Below, piece after piece: positions 57,208-64,000 of a stretch of 64,000 nucleotides of DNA. Position numbers and translations under genes: made by a program. Each line of letters starts with the position of its first letter. The stretch's first letter is position 1. The stretch is from IMG/VR virus record IMGVR_UViG_3300028558_000016, positions 310,001 to 374,000 of that record. One strand, given 5' to 3'. The notes below the pieces were generated by a model. The model ran no database searches. It was not told the origin of the DNA and saw nothing but the letters and a program-made list of their open reading frames with translations.

Positions 57208-58275
57208 ATGAAAAAATCTGTAATAAAAGTTTTTTATACAGAAAAACAAGTAAACACTAACGCAAACATAGAAGCTGCATCGAAATCAAAATCACCACTC
57301 AAACCGGTTCTTTTGATGAAAGCTTTAGATGTTCTTGGATATGGAAAAAATCTGGATATTGATCCAGATTTTTTTCCATTTAAAGACGAGGACTTCCTGC
57401 TTGCGCACACTAAAAATTACGTTGAAGCATTTTTCAATGGTGTTCAACCATTGTGTCAAAGTAATTTCTTACCGTGGAGCCAAGAATTGGCAGACTCAGT
57501 TCGTTACACTAATGCGAGTTTGTATAACGCAATTAGATATGCTTACTTAAATCCTGACCAAGTTACATTAAGTCCTACATCAGGATTCCATCATGCAATG
57601 CCTCACAGAGGCGATGGATTTTGTACATTCTCAGGACAGGTTATTGCTGCAGAAAAAATGTATCAAGAGTTTGGAGTGTCTGGTGCTGTTCTTGATTTGG
57701 ATGGTCACACAGGAAATTCCATAGATGATGCTCGTGGTTTTGCTAAAACAATTGATTTAGCAATTCCGCACGAATATAATTTTGCTCAGCTTAAAGGTAG
57801 TGATAAACACTATCTCGACTCTCTTTTAGAAGCAATGGATAAAATTGAAACAGGTGTATTGGAAAATAAAATACATTATCTAATGTGGTGCCACGGTGCA
57901 GACTCTCACGAGGATGATGATTTTGGTGGACAGGTTGACACAGAATATTGGGTTAAATGTTCTGAAGCATTTTATGCTTGGGTGAATCAATTGGATGCTA
58001 AATTGATTGCAATGGGAAGAAAACCTCTTCCAGTCATTTTAAGTTTATTTGGAGGTTATCGTGATGATGATTATTATTCAGTTATTTCGTTGCACATAAA
58101 AGATTTGACAACATGTCTTAATCTTCTTTGTGGAGAAAACATAAATTATGATGTGAACGTAAAAGATAAACGTCCAACAATAAAACGTAAACCACCTGAA
58201 AAATGGTTTGATGGAATGCCGCTATCTCTTTTGAATGTTCTTTACCCAGGAAAATATGACGATATAAACACATAG
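57208..58275 (+). CDS. Histone deacetylase-family (Zn-dependent) protein
   Basis: GFHHA..GFCTF, LDLDGH.GN, GADSH.DD, GGY; TAG stop. Confidence 0.88.
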   Translation: MKKSVIKVFYTEKQVNTNANIEAASKSKSPLKPVLLMKALDVLGYGKNLDIDPDFFPFKDEDFLLAHTKNYVEAFFNGVQPLCQSNFLPWSQELADSVRYTNASLYNAIRYAYLNPDQVTLSPTSGFHHAMPHRGDGFCTFSGQVIAAEKMYQEFGVSGAVLDLDGHTGNSIDDARGFAKTIDLAIPHEYNFAQLKGSDKHYLDSLLEAMDKIETGVLENKIHYLMWCHGADSHEDDDFGGQVDTEYWVKCSEAFYAWVNQLDAKLIAMGRKPLPVILSLFGGYRDDDYYSVISLHIKDLTTCLNLLCGENINYDVNVKDKRPTIKRKPPEKWFDGMPLSLLNVLYPGKYDDINT

Positions 58276-58349
58276 GGCTTGGCCGGAATCAGGGGACTGC
58301 GGATTCTAAACCCGCTGAACCGTGGGTTCGACTCCCACCCAGGCTACCA
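58276..58349 (+). tRNA. Second CUA-anticodon tRNA with degenerate D-arm
   Basis: GGCTTGG/CCAGGCT-A-CCA acceptor, GCGGA-TTCTAAA-CCCGC arm, GTGGG-TTCGACT-CCCAC T-arm. Confidence 0.7.
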
Positions 58350-58379
58350 ATTAAAAAAAGTAAAAAATAAAAACCAACC

Positions 58380-58697
58380 ATGGAAAAAACAACGTTAATA
58401 ACAGAATTAAAAGGAATAAGCAAAAGCTTATTTGAGAAAAAAGATTTTCAAAATGCAGGACGAATAAATCTTGCAATTGATGTTCTTGAAGAAGTATTGC
58501 CAATCAAAGAAACACCGGCACCAATAAAGACTGGTGATAAAACCAATAAATTTTTAAATGAATGTGAAGAGATGAATTGTGATAATTGCAAAGCAGTCAC
58601 TGGACATGTATTGAAAAGAAAAAGACTTGGTGGAACATCAGCAAATTCTGAAAAATCTTGGACATGTTCAATATGTGGAAATCAAAAAATTAAATAA
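58380..58697 (+). CDS. Zn-ribbon protein
   Basis: CDNC..CSICG. Confidence 0.6.
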   Translation: MEKTTLITELKGISKSLFEKKDFQNAGRINLAIDVLEEVLPIKETPAPIKTGDKTNKFLNECEEMNCDNCKAVTGHVLKRKRLGGTSANSEKSWTCSICGNQKIK

Positions 58698-58714
58698 CCT
58701 TAACATCATTAAAT

Positions 58715-59026
58715 ATGTTTGATTTTCACCAAAAAGATACACACGCAACTAATTTCTCTATAGACAAAAAAGATCTATATGAGAAGGCAATGGAAATTTT
58801 TAAAAGCTATAATCCAAAAATAAAAATATGGATTGAAGATACAGCATTTGATTCTTTCGGAAGACCCTATTATGACCATTTGAGTTTACATACAGATCAA
58901 GGTCATAAAGGTAAAATTAAATGGATAGGATTCTTTTCTACCATCAATAAAAGAAAGCTCCTGGCTGGAGAAATAAAACCAAAACAAACAATCAAAGAAA
59001 AACTTAAAGTATTTTTAAACCTATGA
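58715..59026 (+). CDS. Hypothetical protein
   Basis: ORF. Confidence 0.55.
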   Translation: MFDFHQKDTHATNFSIDKKDLYEKAMEIFKSYNPKIKIWIEDTAFDSFGRPYYDHLSLHTDQGHKGKIKWIGFFSTINKRKLLAGEIKPKQTIKEKLKVFLNL

Positions 59027-59964
59027 AAACGTTAACAGAGAACAAGTCCAAAACTTTATCTAAGTTTTTGGAAACCCTAAGGGATAAAAGAGGATTTGAC
59101 GCTGAAATTTATACAGAAAGAAAAGCGTATGCAATAAATAAATTCTTTAGAGAAAATAATCTTGATTGTGCTGTCATTGGACTTTCTGGAGGTGTCGATA
59201 GTGCTGTTGCATTTTCTCTTCTCGAATTTGCTTCTCGCAGACCAGACTCACCTATCAAAAAAATTCTTGCATTAGCAATGCCAATATATGGAAATGGAAC
59301 AACGAACCAAACTGATGCTACTAATAAAGCAACGAGGTTCATAACAAATTTTCTTGGTACAAAAAGAAAAAGGTACAATGATAAAGTAGAGTTTGAAATG
59401 TTTGATCTTTCGCATGCCTACGAATCATATCAATATGGACATGAAACAGACGCATGGTCTAACGGACAATTAGCGAGCATTGTAAGAACTCCGTTTCTAT
59501 ATTATAATGCCGCATTGTTACAAACAAAAGGATATAAATCAATTGTGGTTGGAACTACAAATCGTGATGAAGGTTCTTACATTGGCTTCTTTGGAAAAGC
59601 TTCTGACGCAATGGTCGATCTTCAACCGATAGCAGATATACACAAAAGCGAAGTGTATCAGGTTGCAAAACTTTTAGAAGTTAGTGATGAAATAATAAAT
59701 GCAACTCCGGCTGGTGACGTTCACGATGGCAGAGTTGATGAAGAAATGATTGGTGCTCCATATTGGTTTCTTGAATTATTCCTTCTTCAAAAACAATACA
59801 AAGAGACTGCCAAGTTAGAAACGTTTGAAGACGGAGAAATTTATGGAAAATATTACGCATCAATAGAAAGCATTCACGAAAAAAATAAACACAAATACCA
59901 GGTAGGTTCACCAGCACATTTTATTGATGTGATGGAACGTAAAATAGAAGGAGGTTGGCAATGA
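59023..59964 (+). CDS. nadE: NH3-dependent NAD+ synthetase
   Basis: GLSGGVDSAV, VGTTNRDE..GFFGK..D, PIADIHKSEV, DEEMIG. Confidence 0.9.
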   Translation: MKTLTENKSKTLSKFLETLRDKRGFDAEIYTERKAYAINKFFRENNLDCAVIGLSGGVDSAVAFSLLEFASRRPDSPIKKILALAMPIYGNGTTNQTDATNKATRFITNFLGTKRKRYNDKVEFEMFDLSHAYESYQYGHETDAWSNGQLASIVRTPFLYYNAALLQTKGYKSIVVGTTNRDEGSYIGFFGKASDAMVDLQPIADIHKSEVYQVAKLLEVSDEIINATPAGDVHDGRVDEEMIGAPYWFLELFLLQKQYKETAKLETFEDGEIYGKYYASIESIHEKNKHKYQVGSPAHFIDVMERKIEGGWQ

Positions 59965-60731
59965 TACAAATAGTTAATACAGAAAAACCAGCAATAGAAA
60001 AACTTCCAGGCGGTTGGGAGCCTGATTTCTCAATTCAGCTTAAAGAGACAACTGATTGTAACGAAGAAATGTTCAAGCGAGCATCAGTCTACACGAATTT
60101 ATTTTCTTCAGAAGAATGTGATGATATAATAAAAAAATTCATGCAGTCTCCGCGATTTGAAAATGTAACCGTTCAAGGAATAAAAGATGTTCCAGACGAT
60201 AGAATTGGAAGCATAAGAACAACTGCATGGAGCACGAAAATTGCAGATGAGATATGGGAAAAGAAATTCAAATTCTTTATGCAAGACATCGCATGTAGCA
60301 CAAAAACTCCAACTGATTGGTGGCAAGGGGATAACGAAAGAAGATTATGGAAACCAGTTGGCATTTCTCCCATGTTGAGATTCATGAAGTATGAAAACGG
60401 TGGACAACATTATGCTCATTACGATGCAGGCCACATATACAAGGATGATAAATTCAGAACACTTTGTTCGTTTGTAATGTATTTGACCACCAATGAAAAT
60501 GGTGGAACCACGAGGTTCATAGAAGACCAACAGAGTGATCTTAATGAATGGGAAAGAAAACACGAAGATTGGCCGAGAGAATCAAGAGAAGATGAAGTGC
60601 TGTTCAGATCTAAACCTATAAAAGGAAATGTTCTGGTATTTCCACACAGAATGTGCCATGACGTTGAAAAATATTTTGGGGACACTCCAAGGATTATTAT
60701 AAGAGGTGATGTTTTATTTGAAGCAATATGA
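59955..60731 (+). CDS. 2OG-Fe(II) oxygenase (prolyl-4-hydroxylase-like)
   Basis: RFMKY..G..HYD, YL..GG.T.F, HD, R.DVLF. Confidence 0.85.
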   Translation: MAMIQIVNTEKPAIEKLPGGWEPDFSIQLKETTDCNEEMFKRASVYTNLFSSEECDDIIKKFMQSPRFENVTVQGIKDVPDDRIGSIRTTAWSTKIADEIWEKKFKFFMQDIACSTKTPTDWWQGDNERRLWKPVGISPMLRFMKYENGGQHYAHYDAGHIYKDDKFRTLCSFVMYLTTNENGGTTRFIEDQQSDLNEWERKHEDWPRESREDEVLFRSKPIKGNVLVFPHRMCHDVEKYFGDTPRIIIRGDVLFEAI

Positions 60732-60979
60732 ATTGGAAAGTAATATTCTTCAAAGAATATAATGATTGGGTTCCATATCAAAATGAATCTGTATGTGAAT
60801 GTGTTGAAGAAGCTTGTCTTAAAAAAGTCTACAATCAATTAAATCCTGGAATTGAAGCTGACCATGATTATAAAATTGAATTTAAAGATGGTGAAATCGT
60901 TCATATTCTTTTTGGAGTAATAGTTTCTGGAAAAATTAAGTTTACTAATAAATTTGCTAATGAATTGGAAAGTAAATAG
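60728..60979 (+). CDS. Hypothetical protein (TAG stop)
   Basis: ORF. Confidence 0.5.
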   Translation: MNWKVIFFKEYNDWVPYQNESVCECVEEACLKKVYNQLNPGIEADHDYKIEFKDGEIVHILFGVIVSGKIKFTNKFANELESK

Positions 60980-62423
60980 AGATACATTTTATAAAGAACT
61001 TCTTCCAGTCCTTGGAGAAAAAGGAATTGCTGAAGCCGGTTTCTTTGAGGATGCTGCAACGAAAGACGAAGATGTCTTAAAGACCACAAAGGTTTTGTGC
61101 ACACCTCTTTCTTTTTTAAAACCTGCAACAGGACATCCTTGCATATTGCTAACGACTGGTTCTTTTTGTCCATTGCATCCAGGCCACATCAATATGATGG
61201 AAAAAGCCAAGGAGCATCTTGAAAAAAATGGATACAATGTAATTGGTGGTTTCATTTCACCTGGACACGATGAATACATATCTGCCAAGAATAAAGAAAA
61301 AGCAATTCCAATACACTATAGAATAAGAACCATAACTGAGATGATTAAAAACCACGATTGGCTTTCTGTCGATCCATGGGAAGGAATGTTCTGTAAGGTT
61401 GCTGTAAATTTCACAGATGTTTATATAAGGCTTGAGGCATACATCAGCGAACACCTAAAGAAAGACATTCCAATATTCTTTGTTAGTGGTGGTGATAATG
61501 CGAGATTTGCTTTGACCTTCATGAAGAAAGGAAATTGTGTGATAGTTAACAGACCTCCGTATGACGATAAATTCGAACATTATAAAAAAGTTTTAAAGGA
61601 TTGTCCTAACATCCATTTCGTTGAAGGTGGAATTCCTATATCTTCAACTGAATTAAGAAAGGAAGCTTTTGTTCCAGATGAAAAGAAAAACTTATTAATA
61701 AGAGTTGAAAACACTGAGAAGAGAGGAGTTCTAAGAATAATGTATAAATATTTCAATAATATAGAAAAGAAGGAACTACACAGTCAGAAAAAACACTTTT
61801 ATGGAAAGATGTCTCTTGGCGAGATGATAAGTCTTGACTCACTTCTTAAATCAGTGCACAACTTGAAAATATCAAGATCCTATGACATTTTCGGTGCAAA
61901 GAAGATGGGATTCACAAATAGACCAGGAACTCCATCATTAGAGGAACAACTGTCTGAAATAGAGAATGGGGAATACACTCTGTTCGATGATGACATCCAC
62001 AGTGGTTCAACCATGAGATTTGCTAAATCGTTAATAGAGGGAACAGGCTCTAAGGTGAAAGAAGTGACATCATTAAACATCTCACCAGATGGTTTTGAGA
62101 TTCTCGATTCAAGAGATTTTTTCATAGGAGGAAAGAACAATGGCCTTGTGATTAAAATGCCTGATGGAAAAAACGTCAGAGCTCCTTATGTTTATCCTTA
62201 TGTTTGTCCGTTTATTAGAGGCTCAATAGACAGTCCAATGCAGTTTTCAATAGATATTTGGAAGATGAACATGGATCTATTTGAAAAGACTAATCAAACA
62301 TTGGGTGACATGCCATTCCTCCAAGACCTATTCAAAAGAGCTGGATTTAGTTTGACAGATTCAATGTATGACATCTGTAAATGGCATCATGATTATTTGG
62401 TTTTGGTACTTTTCACCAAATAA
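60960..62423 (+). CDS. NMNAT-like cytidylyltransferase fused to a PRTase-like domain
   Basis: TGSFCPLHPGH, SPGHDEY, VDPWE, GGD, ISSTELR; LFDDDIHSGST. Confidence 0.8.
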   Translation: MNWKVNRDTFYKELLPVLGEKGIAEAGFFEDAATKDEDVLKTTKVLCTPLSFLKPATGHPCILLTTGSFCPLHPGHINMMEKAKEHLEKNGYNVIGGFISPGHDEYISAKNKEKAIPIHYRIRTITEMIKNHDWLSVDPWEGMFCKVAVNFTDVYIRLEAYISEHLKKDIPIFFVSGGDNARFALTFMKKGNCVIVNRPPYDDKFEHYKKVLKDCPNIHFVEGGIPISSTELRKEAFVPDEKKNLLIRVENTEKRGVLRIMYKYFNNIEKKELHSQKKHFYGKMSLGEMISLDSLLKSVHNLKISRSYDIFGAKKMGFTNRPGTPSLEEQLSEIENGEYTLFDDDIHSGSTMRFAKSLIEGTGSKVKEVTSLNISPDGFEILDSRDFFIGGKNNGLVIKMPDGKNVRAPYVYPYVCPFIRGSIDSPMQFSIDIWKMNMDLFEKTNQTLGDMPFLQDLFKRAGFSLTDSMYDICKWHHDYLVLVLFTK

Positions 62424-62502
62424 TTTTTCTATTTCTTTTATATGGCATCATGATTATTTGGTTTTGGTACTTTTCACCAAATAATTTTTCTATTTCTTTT
62501 AT
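62381..62502 (+). repeat. Exact 61-nt tandem duplication
   Basis: 62381-62441 is identical to 62442-62502. Confidence 0.9.
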
Positions 62503-62529
62503 TTTGTATTTTAGCTTAAAATTATCATT

Positions 62530-62814
62530 ATGAGCCAAGGACAGATGAATATGATAGAATGCACAGGATGCAAAGCATTGTTGGACGCATTCACAAGTGC
62601 GGATGAAGGAAGCAATAGTCTTCCGAATGATGAAGATTTAAGTGTGTGCGTATATTGTGGAGCAGTTGGAAAATATATTGAAGGAACAACAAAGATAAAA
62701 CCATTATCAGAAGTTGAATTGGCTTACATTAAATTGACTGAACCTGAACTCGCAATGGAATTGGATAAAATATCTGTTGCGGTTTTAATGATGAAAAAAG
62801 CAAAAAACAATTGA
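62530..62814 (+). CDS. Zn-binding hypothetical protein
   Basis: CTGC..CVYCG. Confidence 0.6.
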   Translation: MSQGQMNMIECTGCKALLDAFTSADEGSNSLPNDEDLSVCVYCGAVGKYIEGTTKIKPLSEVELAYIKLTEPELAMELDKISVAVLMMKKAKNN

Positions 62815-62968
62815 TATATAAATTATGAATGGTGGCGGACGTATTGTTTAATACTGAAAATCAAATAGTTATAACATTTTCACAAATTTTATAATTTAGT
62901 TTTAAAAATAAGTTACTACATTTGTACATCACAAACGAAACAAAGCTGATAAGCGACATATAACAATC

Positions 62969-63349
62969 ATGAAGTAGATTAACACATACCCAAAATTAAC
63001 CATCGTAACAAGACAAGATCTTGCACCTGGTTACCAGTTAGTACAAACGGCCCATGCCATGGCTGATTTTGCAACTTCTTATCCTAAGGAGTTTCAACAA
63101 TGGCATTCCACCTCCAATTATTTAGCGTGCCTATCTGTTAAGGATGAAAATTCTTTACAAGCTCTTTCACATAAACTTATGTGTGAAGATATTAAGCACA
63201 TCACATTCACTGAACCCGATCTCGGAAATCAGATCACTGCAATTGCTATTGAGCCAACTGATATGGCTCGAAGAATATGTAGCTCATTTCCATTGGCATT
63301 AAAGGAATGCACAAACGGATTAAACAAACATTCAATAATAAAACAATGA
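62969..63349 (+). CDS. PTH2-like peptidyl-tRNA hydrolase with in-frame TAG at codon 3
   Basis: ATG AAG TAG ATT..PKLTIVTRQDLAPGYQLVQTAHA..FTEPDLGNQITAIA..FPLAL. Confidence 0.75.
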
Positions 63350-63663
63350 ACAAGTACGAAAATTTAAAAGAAAACCTTGCAACAAAAGGAACAGGTCAAA
63401 TGAAATGCTTTGGCAATTCAATGACTCCTATATTGGAAACTGGAGGTTTGCTAACCTTTGTGAAGCAAGAAACTTACGAGATAGGAGACATCGTCTTCTG
63501 TAAAGTAAAAGGTCGTTACATCGATGCGCACAAGATAACAAAGAAAGATGCGGCAGGAAGATTTCTGATCTCAAACAATCATGGATGGGATAACGGATGG
63601 ACGAAAACAATTTACGGTAAAGCAATAAAAGCAGAATATCCAACTAAAACAAAAATGTTATGA
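63346..63663 (+). CDS. S24/S26 peptidase-like protein
   Basis: GNSMTP, GDIV, HKI, NN. Confidence 0.65.
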   Translation: MNKYENLKENLATKGTGQMKCFGNSMTPILETGGLLTFVKQETYEIGDIVFCKVKGRYIDAHKITKKDAAGRFLISNNHGWDNGWTKTIYGKAIKAEYPTKTKML

Positions 63664-63923
63664 CTTAGATAGTAAATTGCGAGAAAAAAGATTACATCAT
63701 CTTTCACTTTAACAAGATGCACTTAACTGATCAGACTATTCCAATGTGGACGATCAAACATAAAGGAGAAACATATTATGTTAATCATATAGAAGTTTCT
63801 CCAGGAGTTGGGTTCTCGACGAAAGAAACGCCAGAGAATCCTCATACAAAAGGAAGCTTGAAGTTCAGAGCGAAGTTGAAGATAGAAGAAATTGATGGAC
63901 AAGTGATGGCGACGATATATTGA
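63660..63923 (+). CDS. Hypothetical protein with in-frame TAG at codon 3
   Basis: ATG ACT TAG ATA.. in frame with ORF 63717-63923; ATGA overlap with the upstream stop. Confidence 0.65.
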
Positions 63924-63928
63924 AACAA

Positions 63929-63998
63929 GGCGATGTGACCGAGTGGTAGGTACAGATCCGCAAGATCTGGTACGGGGGTTCGAATCCTTCCATTGCCT
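63929..63998 (+). tRNA. tRNA-Cys(GCA)
   Basis: GGCGATG/CATTGCC-U73; CAGAT-CCGCAAG-ATCTG. Confidence 0.88.
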
Positions 63999-64000
63999 CA

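Noticed and set aside
58276-58349. Pyrrolysine tRNA or tRNA-Arg(TCT)
   Set aside because: It has a standard TTCGA T-loop and no pyl genes are seen; stem register centres CTA rather than TCT in the loop
382-62140. Numerous short antisense ORFs in the track
   Set aside because: They are shadows of well-supported genes on the opposite strand, with no motifs or expression signals
1-64000. Genome-wide TAG reassignment (genetic code 15)
   Set aside because: Coding density is high under code 11, ORFs of 600-1200 aa have no internal TAG, and several genes end in TAG at sensible boundaries; only two codon-3 ambers were found

Overview
This is a 64-kb segment of a large, AT-rich, T4-like/jumbo bacteriophage genome. 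The host is very probably a Bacteroidota, judging by repeated TAnnTTTG -7 promoter boxes, A-rich start regions without Shine-Dalgarno sequences, and Bacteroidota-like auxiliary genes. It holds NAD salvage genes (NMNAT-like, Nudix, NadV, NADAR, NadE, NMNAT/PRTase), RNA repair genes (RNA ligase, PNKP), translation genes (minimal LeuRS, GlyRS-like catalytic core, IF3, two PTH2-like proteins), 11 tRNA genes, a tail-fibre/structural block (30.5-47.6 kb) and many small hypothetical genes. Two unannotated translation-control systems stand out. (1) A leader peptide MKTT-LSLSLSLSLSLS-GWTNRAM* with an antiterminator/terminator sits directly upstream of an array made only of Leu and Ser tRNAs plus LeuRS and an RNA ligase. 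Its seven different Leu/Ser codons match the anticodons of the downstream tRNAs, suggesting a ribosome-stalling attenuator that turns on phage tRNA supply when Leu/Ser decoding fails. (2) Two CUA-anticodon (amber suppressor) tRNAs occur in a genome that is not globally recoded, together with two genes, one a peptidyl-tRNA hydrolase homologue, that carry an in-frame TAG at codon 3. Several candidate structured ncRNAs and a repeated operator/promoter module were also noted. All family assignments come from motif recognition by eye; no database searches or folding programs were run.
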